A stretch of DNA of 24,000 nucleotides from Sulfolobus acidocaldarius DSM 639 (GTDB taxonomy: Archaea > Thermoproteota > Thermoprotei_A > Sulfolobales > Sulfolobaceae), in contig NC_007181.1 of assembly GCF_000012285.1 (NCBI RefSeq), forward strand, positions 643,370 through 667,369, read 5' to 3'. Within the stretch, counting starts at the first letter, position 1, and each line of letters opens with the position of its first letter. Of the stretch, positions 7,439 through 16,306 are shown one piece after another. Under the pieces are notes generated by a model, which saw only the letters and a program-made list of their open reading frames with translations, did no database searches and was not told the DNA's origin. A program made the translations under genes and the position numbers.

Positions 7439-10174
7439 TTACTGCCAGTACTTGCGTGTTCTTAAAAACTTTCTTTCCTCCTCAAGTAGACTCTCAAAAA
7501 ACCTGTCCTCTCCATCGCTGAGCTTATTAAGGACTTTCCCAATGTTATTTATTCCTACTCCTCTTGCACTCAATCCTATGGCAACATATTTTTTGTAAGT
7601 TGAAAACATTGATGAAATATTCTGAAGTATTTCAAATTTCTTTTTTTCGTTCTTCGAGATCTTTGAACCTTTAATGACCTTTTTAATAATTTCCACACTT
7701 TCTTTATCATCCTCATCAGTTACGGTTAAGAATATTGAGCCACACTTGGTACACCTATCCGGTACCTCAGCAGCATAATATATATTATTCCACCCGCACA
7801 CCATACAAATTATTTTAACCTTATTATTTAACAATTTACGTCTAAATATCTCTATCATTACTCCTTTTTCATCTGAATGTGCTGCAACAAATAGTTTGTT
7901 AAGGAATTCTTTAGCTAGTGGGGAGAAGCCTGGTACTTCTATACATTCCCAAGTAAGTCGAGTTAGGAATTCCCTAAGTGTTACATCATAGTTTTTATAC
8001 ATAAGTTCTTTCACTGCTTCTTCTCCAACTAAGGTATCAGTATAAGCTTTAAGGAGAGTCTGGGAGAATGTTATATCGGTTTTTTGTTTGTCTATAAGAC
8101 CGAATCTTTCCGCCTCAATCAAGAGTTTCCATTTATACTGTGGACTTTCTTTTATAGCCCTCTTCAGAAGGTCTTCAAATTCACTAGAACTTAGACTATT
8201 TAGTATTTTTATTGCCTTTGTAAATTCCTCCTTTGATACTGGAACTAAGGAGGCTATTGCTATATGATAGGGATCAGACCTATACGTAGTTCTCACTCCT
8301 TTTACTTGGGTTAATAAAAGTGATAATAACGCACCTAGGGTATTATTACCTCTACTTCCTAATCCTGCATGTAAAACTATTAGATCATTATTTATTTCTA
8401 CAAGGATTTTACTTTTAGTTGGAACAGGGTATCCTCGCCTTTTTTGTTCTTCTAGTAACGAAGAGATCTTTTCAAGTATTTCTTTCGGTAGGTCTATTTG
8501 ATCTCCTCTTTCTATTCTTTCAATATAATCATACACCTTAATGGAAATTTCTCTTTCAACTGGAATTGACTCACCAAACCAGCTTGGCAAGACTCCGCTT
8601 TTCAGTTGTGCGTTTTCGACATAAATACGATTTTCCTCTATTGATACTACTCTCCAAATTTTTCCTCCCAGTATGAATACGGTATTTTCATCCAGTGTAG
8701 CCACGAATTCATAGTCTAACGTTCCTATTTTAGTGTTAGAAATATGGTCTATGACTATGTAATCTTTTATAGAGTCTGGTATCATATTCGTACTATAATA
8801 ATATCTCCATAATCTTCCTGCCGGTGATATCTTATCTTTATTCTTTCTAATTATTCTTGCAGATTCAAGTATACTTAATGTTTCTTCAAATTCCTCTTCT
8901 GTTAAGTCGTTGTATTGAAATGATGATTTGATTAAGTTAAAGATTTCTTTCTTATCTGTAATGCCTTCTAGTACTAGACCTGCAATTTCGTGTGCCATAA
9001 CATCATAAGGTTTAGGTTCTACTATTGGTTTTTCTAGGTATCCTTCCTTTAAATTGTCAATTATACTTTTACATTCTAATATGTCAAAAATATCATGAGA
9101 AGGTAATAGAAAACCACTAGAAACTTTATTTATTGAATGTCCACTTCTTCCAATTCTTTGTACAAGTCTTATAACTTGCTTTGGAGAGGTATATTGAATT
9201 ACTGCATTAATTGTTCCTACATCTATTCCAAGTTCTAAGCTTGAAGTGGCTATTAATGCGTCAAGATTGCCAGTCTTAAATTCTTTTTCAGCTTCTAATC
9301 TTATTTCTCTCGATAGAGAGCCATGATGTGTTCTCACTTTTAGTTGAGACAATTTTGACAATTCGGAGGCTAGAAATTCTGTACTCTCTCTAACGTTAGT
9401 GAAAACAAGAACTGGTTTATTCTCTTTTATCAATTTTTCAAGTTCTCTTATTCTAGCCAGCGTATCTGGATGTAAGCCTGTCTTATATGATAACTCAGCA
9501 AGATCCTTTGAAACTGTTGGTATGACCAACTCTATTTTTACATCTTTTCTGGTATTGTATTCGGCGACCTCTACGTTCCTTCCAATAAACCTCTTCGCTA
9601 ATTCAATATCGCCTATTGTTGCTGAAAGTCCAATCAGTTGAATCTCATACTTACTTAACCTCTTTAATCTTTGAATAGCTAAAAGTAATTCATAACCCCG
9701 TTTCTCATCAAGCATTTCTTGTAATTCATCTATAATGATCCATCTTATATTTCCTAATAATTCTCTCATTTTCTGGTTTACTAGTAAATAGAGCAATGTT
9801 TCAGGTGTTGTTAGAAGTAAATCAGGTGGATCTTCCAAGATCCTTTTTCTTTGCCTCTCCGTTGAATCTCCGTGTCGAATCGCTATTTTTATTCCTAATG
9901 CGCTACCTATCCTACTTAATCTATCTTCAAGATCTCTATTTAATGCTCTTAATGGAGTAATATATATAGCAGAAATTTTCTCAGCATTTGAGCTTAGTAT
10001 TTTATAAAAAACTGGGAAAATAGCAGTTTCTGTTTTTCCAAAGCCAGTCGGTGCAATAACAATAGTGTTCTTACCCTTGAGTATAATTGGTATTCCTATT
10101 TTTTGTATAGGGGTAAGACTCTTATAGCCAAGTTCGTTCAACTTATTGATAAATGTCTGAGAAACACTTATCAT
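7439..10174 (-). CDS. lhr: Lhr-type large SF2 helicase with C-terminal zinc ribbon
   Basis: Motif I PTGFGKT, motif II IIIDELQ, motif III LSATIG, then HHGSLSREIRLEAEKEFKTG, ATSSLELGIDVG and motif VI QRIGRSGH. This is the Lhr-family order. It is followed by a long Lhr-associated C-terminal region and CMVCGW...CTKCGS. Confidence 0.85.
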   Translation of the reverse strand: MISVSQTFINKLNELGYKSLTPIQKIGIPIILKGKNTIVIAPTGFGKTETAIFPVFYKILSSNAEKISAIYITPLRALNRDLEDRLSRIGSALGIKIAIRHGDSTERQRKRILEDPPDLLLTTPETLLYLLVNQKMRELLGNIRWIIIDELQEMLDEKRGYELLLAIQRLKRLSKYEIQLIGLSATIGDIELAKRFIGRNVEVAEYNTRKDVKIELVIPTVSKDLAELSYKTGLHPDTLARIRELEKLIKENKPVLVFTNVRESTEFLASELSKLSQLKVRTHHGSLSREIRLEAEKEFKTGNLDALIATSSLELGIDVGTINAVIQYTSPKQVIRLVQRIGRSGHSINKVSSGFLLPSHDIFDILECKSIIDNLKEGYLEKPIVEPKPYDVMAHEIAGLVLEGITDKKEIFNLIKSSFQYNDLTEEEFEETLSILESARIIRKNKDKISPAGRLWRYYYSTNMIPDSIKDYIVIDHISNTKIGTLDYEFVATLDENTVFILGGKIWRVVSIEENRIYVENAQLKSGVLPSWFGESIPVEREISIKVYDYIERIERGDQIDLPKEILEKISSLLEEQKRRGYPVPTKSKILVEINNDLIVLHAGLGSRGNNTLGALLSLLLTQVKGVRTTYRSDPYHIAIASLVPVSKEEFTKAIKILNSLSSSEFEDLLKRAIKESPQYKWKLLIEAERFGLIDKQKTDITFSQTLLKAYTDTLVGEEAVKELMYKNYDVTLREFLTRLTWECIEVPGFSPLAKEFLNKLFVAAHSDEKGVMIEIFRRKLLNNKVKIICMVCGWNNIYYAAEVPDRCTKCGSIFLTVTDEDDKESVEIIKKVIKGSKISKNEKKKFEILQNISSMFSTYKKYVAIGLSARGVGINNIGKVLNKLSDGEDRFFESLLEEERKFLRTRKYWQ

Positions 10175-10214
10175 AAACTACATAATAACCTTATTTCTGA
10201 GACTAATATAAGAT

Positions 10215-11915
10215 ATGTTGAGAAAACACGTTATAATAATAGTCTTTTTAGTCCTTGAATTTCTCATATTTACGTATTTAGTTAATACTGGATATTTGAA
10301 TATTTCAAATATAAACCTATATATATTCACTTTATATCTCATAAGTGTTATTATAGCTATAAATGGAATAATAATCTTTATTTTGACTGGTTCCTTAATT
10401 ATTTCATTTTCCTATTTTCCTGTCCAATTATTCATTTATCAGCTTATAGCAGGTAATATTACAATTTCATTTCTAACAGATGTTCTATTGCCGAGTCTAA
10501 TAGGATATTTTTATCTTTTATTTTTCATTTCAATAATTACGTGGATTATAAGAAGGAATATATCAGATTCATGGTTGGATCAGATAAGAACTTACGGTCA
10601 CAAGTTTTCTATCAAGAGACTCGCTATTTCTTTGGTCATAAGTTTAGTTGAATTAATTCTTCTTAAAAATTATTATTTATTTTTTGGTTCACTCCTTTCT
10701 TCTATAGGTTTTTCATTTTTTGGAGAGATTACAGATGTTCCGTTGGTTCTTCTTTCATGGATAATCTTTCCTTATTCGATTTCTCCAAAAATTCGGACTG
10801 AAAATAAGGGTATATGCATAGGTAAAATAGTTGGAGTTTTATCTAAGGGTAGTATCCTAGATTCTTCTTTAGGGAATATCACAACAACTTCTAAGTACAA
10901 ATGGATAAAATTAAATCAGGATTTTTGTGTTAACTTTAGTAATTCTAAAAATTTCAACTCAATAATTATAGGTACAAGCGGATCGGGCAAGTCAAGTCTG
11001 GCTACTCTGATTTCAAAAAAGCTTAACGTGTCATTTACCATATTTGATCTTCATGGAGAATATTCTATTCCTAATGCAGTTAAGATTGATATGTCAAAAG
11101 TTACCATAAATCCACTAAGTCTATTTGGTCGAAGTCCAAAGGAAAGAGCATTAGAAGTAAGTTACATGCTCAAGAGTCTCTTTAATCTAGGCAATATCCA
11201 GACAATTGAGCTATCTAACCTAATACTTGAGGCTTATATGGAGAAAGGAATAGATCCTGATGATATGGACACATGGAAGAATCCTACGCCAAATTTTAGG
11301 GATTTGCTTCTCTTGCTCGAACGTAAGAAAAAAGCTGCCATAACTTCGCAGGATATATCCAAATATCAGTCAATAGAACCTTATTTGATATTTCTTTCCT
11401 CCACAATATTTACCCAAAATAACGTCAATATTATTGATATCCTAGAAAAGAATTGTGTACTTGATTTTTCTACTATACCAACCAATGAGGTTAAACACAT
11501 AGTAATGGAGACTATTCTTAAGGGAATACAGAGCTACATGTATTTGGAGAAGTTTCCTGATATAAGGAAAATGATAATCATAGATGAAGCACCATTTCTG
11601 CTGAGTAAAGATTCATCAAGGGAGTTGATTAATAGATTATTTTCAGAAGGGAGAAAGTTCGGGTTTGGTTTTGTGGTAATTTCGCAAACAGTAGATTATG
11701 TCAAAGATCTGTTTGGAAATGCATATCTCACTTTTGTATTAAATGTATTAGAACCTAGAGAATCAGAATATTTAAGTAGATATTTTGGTGGACAAGATAA
11801 CGATATGTATTTAGCTGTATATGAGACTTTACAAAAATTACCCAGAGGATTTTTTATTGTAAGGGATTTATTAGGTAGATTTATATATTTAGTTCAGGCT
11901 GACTTTGGTGAGTAA
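10215..11915 (+). CDS. membrane-anchored HerA/VirB4-like (DUF87, FtsK-HerA superfamily) P-loop ATPase
   Basis: Residues 1 to about 195 contain roughly 6-8 hydrophobic helices. Then come Walker A IIIGTSGSGKSS, the family hallmark FDLHGEY, INPL, Walker B MIIIDEAPFLL and EGRKFGFGFVVISQ. Confidence 0.8.
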   Translation: MLRKHVIIIVFLVLEFLIFTYLVNTGYLNISNINLYIFTLYLISVIIAINGIIIFILTGSLIISFSYFPVQLFIYQLIAGNITISFLTDVLLPSLIGYFYLLFFISIITWIIRRNISDSWLDQIRTYGHKFSIKRLAISLVISLVELILLKNYYLFFGSLLSSIGFSFFGEITDVPLVLLSWIIFPYSISPKIRTENKGICIGKIVGVLSKGSILDSSLGNITTTSKYKWIKLNQDFCVNFSNSKNFNSIIIGTSGSGKSSLATLISKKLNVSFTIFDLHGEYSIPNAVKIDMSKVTINPLSLFGRSPKERALEVSYMLKSLFNLGNIQTIELSNLILEAYMEKGIDPDDMDTWKNPTPNFRDLLLLLERKKKAAITSQDISKYQSIEPYLIFLSSTIFTQNNVNIIDILEKNCVLDFSTIPTNEVKHIVMETILKGIQSYMYLEKFPDIRKMIIIDEAPFLLSKDSSRELINRLFSEGRKFGFGFVVISQTVDYVKDLFGNAYLTFVLNVLEPRESEYLSRYFGGQDNDMYLAVYETLQKLPRGFFIVRDLLGRFIYLVQADFGE

Positions 11916-11917
11916 TT

Positions 11918-12235
11918 ATGTCTGAGGACGATTCTAAAAAGGAGCCTGAGCCAGAGGAAACTGAGGCAGAAATAAAGCATGAAGAAATTAGCAGAGAAGA
12001 GGATGACGAGGGGGGAGAGTTTTCTACAGTTACTATTTCAGATATCGAGATGTTACTAAAAGATACAGAAATATGGGACAAACTGTTAAGGAACGAATTA
12101 AGTATTGAGGAAGCTAAAAAAATGTTTGATGATGTAGCTAGGTCGTACTCAAAAGCCGATAAGAAGAAAAGAAGAGTAGAGAAAAAGCCTAAAAAAGGAA
12201 AAGTGACTAAGAAATCTGATGAGGAAGAAGAATGA
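11918..12235 (+). CDS. rpo13: small charged protein, probably RNA polymerase subunit Rpo13
   Basis: 105 aa with an acidic N-terminus, a short helical core (TISDIEMLLKDTEIWDKLLRNELSIEEAKKMF) and a Lys-rich tail. Size, architecture and position immediately upstream of PCNA1 match my memory of Sulfolobus Rpo13. Not verified by search. Confidence 0.55.
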   Translation: MSEDDSKKEPEPEETEAEIKHEEISREEDDEGGEFSTVTISDIEMLLKDTEIWDKLLRNELSIEEAKKMFDDVARSYSKADKKKRRVEKKPKKGKVTKKSDEEEE

Positions 12236-12984
12236 TTAAAGCAATATATGGTAGTGCTAAAGATTTTTATGATATTATTCAAGGCGTATCTAATGTAACA
12301 GATTCTATAACTTTATACTTTACCGAAGAGGAAGTAATGTCAAGATACTTAACTGAAGATAAAACATTGATGGTTTTACTCAAAATATCCAAGGAGTACA
12401 TGGAAGAATATATTATAGAAAAACCACTGGGGATAAAAATACAATTAAATGAATTGAAGAAAGTTCTTAATAAAGCTAAGAGTAAGAGCGCAGTAATAAA
12501 TATAGAAGAGACAGATGCTGGGATGAAGATAACAGTAAGAGATGAAAAAACTGGACTTAAGAGTTCTATTTACCTCAAGGGCGAGAAAATAACCAATATA
12601 GAAAATGTGGTTGAACCAAAAGTTGGCTTAACTATATCTTTCACTTGCAGTGGAAATATAATAAAAAATGTTGTGGACGAAGCCAGTAGTATAAGTGAGC
12701 AGATTCAGATTGAAGGTGATGATAACCAAATAATCTTTAGCACAGAAGAGAGTGGAAGAGGGTACAAAGCTTATTTGGTGATGGATAAGCCTCTAAAGGG
12801 GCTTGAAATACAATCAAGTGGAAAGTCAACATATGGCGTTGAAGTACTAAAAACTGCACTTAAGGCTTCTGCATTCTCTGAAAACTTAACAGTTAGATTT
12901 GGAAATAATATTCCGATGAAAATAGAAGCTCCAGTACAGTCTGGTGGTCAGCTTATATTCTGGATAGCACCCAGATTATCGTAG
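12232..12984 (+). CDS. pcna1: DNA polymerase sliding clamp subunit PCNA1
   Basis: MIKAIYGSAKDFYDIIQGVSNVTDSITLYFTEE...GGQLIFWIAPRLS aligns along its length with the Saccharolobus solfataricus PCNA1 sequence as I recall it (MFKIVYPNAKDF...MIFWIAPRL). The ATG overlaps the upstream stop (ATGA). Confidence 0.9.
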   Translation: MIKAIYGSAKDFYDIIQGVSNVTDSITLYFTEEEVMSRYLTEDKTLMVLLKISKEYMEEYIIEKPLGIKIQLNELKKVLNKAKSKSAVINIEETDAGMKITVRDEKTGLKSSIYLKGEKITNIENVVEPKVGLTISFTCSGNIIKNVVDEASSISEQIQIEGDDNQIIFSTEESGRGYKAYLVMDKPLKGLEIQSSGKSTYGVEVLKTALKASAFSENLTVRFGNNIPMKIEAPVQSGGQLIFWIAPRLS

Positions 12985-14051
12985 ATGAGATTACCAGAAG
13001 CTCTCTTAATAATAGCTATATGTTTATTTACAGCATTAAATATTGTATTTCCACTTATAAGTACAAACTTAGCTTCTTTTCCTTCTTCTATACCCCAATT
13101 TAAGTTAAATTGTTTATACGCATTATATGTAGCTCCTCTCAAAATTTCTTTTGAATAATCGGACATTGGTTCTTGAATCCTAGTTATTAATAGACCTAAT
13201 TCTAGGTCTAGCCATAAGTTTGGAGAAAGAAGACCTGCATTATCTGTACCAAAAAGGATATTTACGTTTGCATTTATTGCGTCTACTATTCTAGGAACTC
13301 CCACACCAAACCACATGTTACTCCTTGGGCAAAATACTACGGACGTTTCTAATTCACGAAAGTCAGGATATTTAAAATGAGTTGCATGAATTAAGAGATT
13401 AGGCTTATAGGATTCAGTTATGTATCTAAAGTCATCCAAAAGATACTGTTTTAAGGTCTCAGAAATATGAACTGCTCTTATTTTGGTTGAAAAAGCATTA
13501 AAAATTTCAACTAATTCCTGTTTACTATTTGAGGAAATTGAAGGGAGTCCATATCCATCGGTAATTTTAGACAATTCATTCAATTCATAAGTATCAAAGA
13601 AATCCAATCTTCCTAAGATAATGTACTTAATGTCATTTCGTCTTCTGAGTTCACTGACCAATTTGGCACCATTTATACCTTGTTCTCTAAAATCTACTAT
13701 TGCTAAGACTCCAAACTTCTGCGAATCTATTATAAAATTCTCTATGCCTTTGCGTATAATACTTGGATCTATTGACTTAAAATAAGTGTATTTTTGACTT
13801 AATGGGTCACCTACGACTTCCTTAATACTTTGTCTAATACCGTACTCAGGGAATGAATAATCAGCTGTATGTGTATGTGAGTTTACTAATGGTGGAAATA
13901 GAATGAAATTTCTAAAATCTTTTGCATTAGTGTCATATCCGTGACCTATGTGAGATATTATTCCATCAGAAATTTCAACGTTTACCTTTTCAACGTAATC
14001 AAATTCAGACCCTAAGAAAGCAGCACCTACATTTATTCTAAAATTTTCCAT
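12948..14051 (-). CDS. amidohydrolase-superfamily enzyme of the deaminase (ATZ/TRZ, MtaD, guanine-deaminase-like) branch
   Basis: Metal and catalytic motifs appear in the canonical order: HxH (VNSHTHTAD), HxxE (AVHISET), a His pair (LIHATH) and GTD (LFGTDNAG). The start overlaps the arfA stop by 19 nt. Confidence 0.8.
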   Translation of the reverse strand: MENFRINVGAAFLGSEFDYVEKVNVEISDGIISHIGHGYDTNAKDFRNFILFPPLVNSHTHTADYSFPEYGIRQSIKEVVGDPLSQKYTYFKSIDPSIIRKGIENFIIDSQKFGVLAIVDFREQGINGAKLVSELRRRNDIKYIILGRLDFFDTYELNELSKITDGYGLPSISSNSKQELVEIFNAFSTKIRAVHISETLKQYLLDDFRYITESYKPNLLIHATHFKYPDFRELETSVVFCPRSNMWFGVGVPRIVDAINANVNILFGTDNAGLLSPNLWLDLELGLLITRIQEPMSDYSKEILRGATYNAYKQFNLNWGIEEGKEAKFVLISGNTIFNAVNKHIAIIKRASGNLIYDNLGAIQNIS

Positions 14052-14692
14052 TTTATTTCCCTATTTTTTCTTACGTATTCCAATGCAGTAGTTGCTTTCA
14101 TTAAGGCTTTTCTGGGATTCTCTGCTATTCCAATTCCAGTCTTCACGTTATCATTTAAATTAGCAATAGTAAGCATTGAATCTAAATCTTTCTTGCTGGC
14201 AAAGAGACCTACATTATCTCCACCAAAATAATAAGCTATTCCGCCAACTTTTTCCGACAAGGAAAACACATTAGCTTTTAGTTCTTCAATTTCTTGCATA
14301 GCTGTTCTTTTATCTAATCTTGTTATACCATTGATATCATAATGTGCTACAACTATTTTATCATCAGGCTTATCCTCTAATGTATCTACGCAATTGAATA
14401 TTGATTCATAGATTGTTTCACCATATCCTTTACAAATTTGCATTTTCGTTGGTGAATATTTTTCACTTACTTCTCTAATTACATGAAGCACTTCTTTCTC
14501 TTTTACGCCATCAACTAATATAATGTAAGAGTCATATCTAATTGGTATGGGGAAAGCATTAACGTCAGCTAATTTACTGTATAGAATGGATGCAAAATAA
14601 TGCTGAAAAGCTTGTATTCTCCATTCCCTATCGCATCCCAGACTTTCTGTCCATTCCTTATATCCCACTAAATCTAATATTATAGTTTTCAT
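14033..14692 (-). CDS. arfA: GTP cyclohydrolase III (archaeal riboflavin/F420 pathway entry enzyme)
   Basis: The N-terminus [13 protein letters not shown], then [15 protein letters not shown] and [13 protein letters not shown] parallel the MJ0145-type GCH III motifs (QIDNYGPWT, AHVDINDITG, GGDNF, KAGIGIG). Confidence 0.8.
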   Translation of the reverse strand: MKTIILDLVGYKEWTESLGCDREWRIQAFQHYFASILYSKLADVNAFPIPIRYDSYIILVDGVKEKEVLHVIREVSEKYSPTKMQICKGYGETIYESIFNCVDTLEDKPDDKIVVAHYDINGITRLDKRTAMQEIEELKANVFSLSEKVGGIAYYFGGDNVGLFASKKDLDSMLTIANLNDNVKTGIGIAENPRKALMKATTALEYVRKNREIKWKILE

Positions 14693-15165
14693 TCTATGCT
14701 CACGTTAGTTTCCTTTGTAAGGTCTATTTCTCTTAGTTTTTTTAATCTTTTAATTAATTTAACAGCACTTTCTACTGCCCTCATGGAGTATTCTTCTATT
14801 CTTTCAACAGCCTGCTCATGGGTAACTCCATGACCTATTATTCCTAAAGTGACAGGTTTACCATATTCTACCGATAAATCCATTAGTTTTCTTGCAGTCT
14901 GCGTTGCAACTATTTCATCGTGTTTAGTTTCACCCTTAATTACAGCTCCTAAAGTTACTACTCCGTCTATTTCATCTCTCTTTAGTAGTTCTTTAACTAT
15001 TACAGCCATATCGTAGCTTCCAGGAACTTTCACTACGACTTTCACTGTAACTCCAAGAAACTCTGCATGAGATAAGGCTCTCTGCAACATTAAAGATGTT
15101 ATATCGTAATTAAATTCACTTACTACTATACCTAAATTAATCTTCGATTGGTCCTGCATTTCCAT
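14689..15165 (-). CDS. ribH: 6,7-dimethyl-8-ribityllumazine synthase
   Basis: [13 protein letters not shown]...VPGSYDMAV...[18 protein letters not shown] is the lumazine synthase signature. 4-nt overlap with arfA. Confidence 0.9.
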   Translation of the reverse strand: MEMQDQSKINLGIVVSEFNYDITSLMLQRALSHAEFLGVTVKVVVKVPGSYDMAVIVKELLKRDEIDGVVTLGAVIKGETKHDEIVATQTARKLMDLSVEYGKPVTLGIIGHGVTHEQAVERIEEYSMRAVESAVKLIKRLKKLREIDLTKETNVSIE

Positions 15166-15607
15166 AACCCTGTCTTAAACCTTTTCCTGCAAAAGGTGTT
15201 AGTGAATTTTTACCATCTCTTATTAACTTAACTAAGTTTATCGAGTGCTTGGTTACTCTGTCTATTGCTATATTTTTAAGTTGCTCCTCGTCCTCTGCTT
15301 CATCTTCATGAATTGTAACGTCTATTACGTGCTTACTTGTAATTATTTGAGTTGTTATCAAACCTATACTTGCTGCTAAATAACTATATTTATCTAACAT
15401 ACTTTTTCCAACCCACCCAAGTGTAATTACCCCATCACAGCCACTGTCAAGTAATCTCTTTGCAGCAACAGGTAAATCCTTGATTCCTGGTACCGTATAT
15501 CTCACTATTTCTGCGTCAGGGTCTTCCTTTGTAATAGTTTTAATTGCAATTGCACCCATATCTATTCTAGAAAATGTAGTATCTGCTACGCCGTATTTTC
15601 TCCTCAT
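15137..15607 (-). CDS. ribC: archaeal-type riboflavin synthase
   Basis: [14 protein letters not shown]...[15 protein letters not shown]...HEDEAEDE...[14 protein letters not shown] closely follows the MJ1184-type archaeal riboflavin synthase. Confidence 0.87.
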   Translation of the reverse strand: MRRKYGVADTTFSRIDMGAIAIKTITKEDPDAEIVRYTVPGIKDLPVAAKRLLDSGCDGVITLGWVGKSMLDKYSYLAASIGLITTQIITSKHVIDVTIHEDEAEDEEQLKNIAIDRVTKHSINLVKLIRDGKNSLTPFAGKGLRQGYGNAGPIED

Positions 15608-16266
15608 AGTCCTACCACCTCCTTAATAATCTCTTTTCCATCTATCAGAGGAAACCCATTATTTCGAGAATAAATAAGCGATTTGTCTTTTGATAAACTT
15701 ATATTGTTATCTAGCATCTCTGCTATTATAGCGCTTTTCTTTAATCCTAAATAACTGAATAAAGCCATTGTTAGTTCAGTATGTCCTTTTCTTGTCGATA
15801 AACCCCTAGAAAGTAAAATTGGTACATGACCTGGCGAATAAAATTCATTGTAGAATTTTTGAATAGCTTCATCTATGTTATTATTCTCAACTAATTCTAC
15901 GACTGCATGTAATTCTCTTATAGTTTTAGCCCTATCTTCATCACTTATTCCTGTCTTTGTATCGATGTGGTTTACCCATAGCGAGAATGCTGGCTCATCC
16001 CCATATTTTGGTCTTTTATAAAGTTTTGGGTAATTACTTTTTATTATTTCGGAGATAAAAGTAATGCCAATCTGTTGTCCTATATCCTTGCTGGTGACAT
16101 AACATATTAATCCGCCTGCCTGTGTCCTTAGAGTATTAATTACTTTCCATGTCACTTTCTCCCCGTAGAAAACCATATCTGTTTCCTCTTCTCTACCATC
16201 AAAATCATATATTAAAATTGGAAGACCTTGCTCTAAATGCCTCCTTAAAGTGATCTTGTCCAGCAT
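15604..16266 (-). CDS. ribB: 3,4-dihydroxy-2-butanone 4-phosphate synthase
   Basis: DFDGREEETDMV (the acidic metal/substrate loop of archaeal DHBPS) and GHTELTMAL. It is the first gene of the minus-strand rib operon. Confidence 0.9.
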   Translation of the reverse strand: MLDKITLRRHLEQGLPILIYDFDGREEETDMVFYGEKVTWKVINTLRTQAGGLICYVTSKDIGQQIGITFISEIIKSNYPKLYKRPKYGDEPAFSLWVNHIDTKTGISDEDRAKTIRELHAVVELVENNNIDEAIQKFYNEFYSPGHVPILLSRGLSTRKGHTELTMALFSYLGLKKSAIIAEMLDNNISLSKDKSLIYSRNNGFPLIDGKEIIKEVVGL

Positions 16267-16284
16267 TGTTTAATACATAATAAT

Positions 16285-16298
16285 CTAAAATATTTAAG
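16285..16298 (-). promoter_or_regulatory. TATA box of the rib operon promoter
   Basis: The reverse strand reads CTTAAATATTTTAG, centred about 26 nt upstream of the ribB ATG (16266). Confidence 0.45.
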
Positions 16299-16306
16299 CG
16301 TATGTA

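Noticed and set aside
8039-8062. PIP-box-like QTLLKAYT in the Lhr helicase, noticed because two PCNA genes are nearby
   Set aside because: It is internal rather than C-terminal, has only one aromatic residue in the FF/YF position, and lies within a helical region. It is a weak match to Qxx(L/I/M)xx(F/Y)(F/Y).
9399-9641. Plus-strand 80-aa ORF inside the helicase gene
   Set aside because: It lies antisense to conserved Lhr helicase motifs and has Ser/Phe-rich composition. It is a shadow ORF.
11881-12282. Minus-strand 133-aa Ser-rich ORF
   Set aside because: It is the antisense image of the Glu/Lys-rich rpo13-like gene (GAA/GAG/AAG codons read as TTC/CTC/CTT, with serine runs). It also overlaps the ends of two well-supported plus-strand genes.
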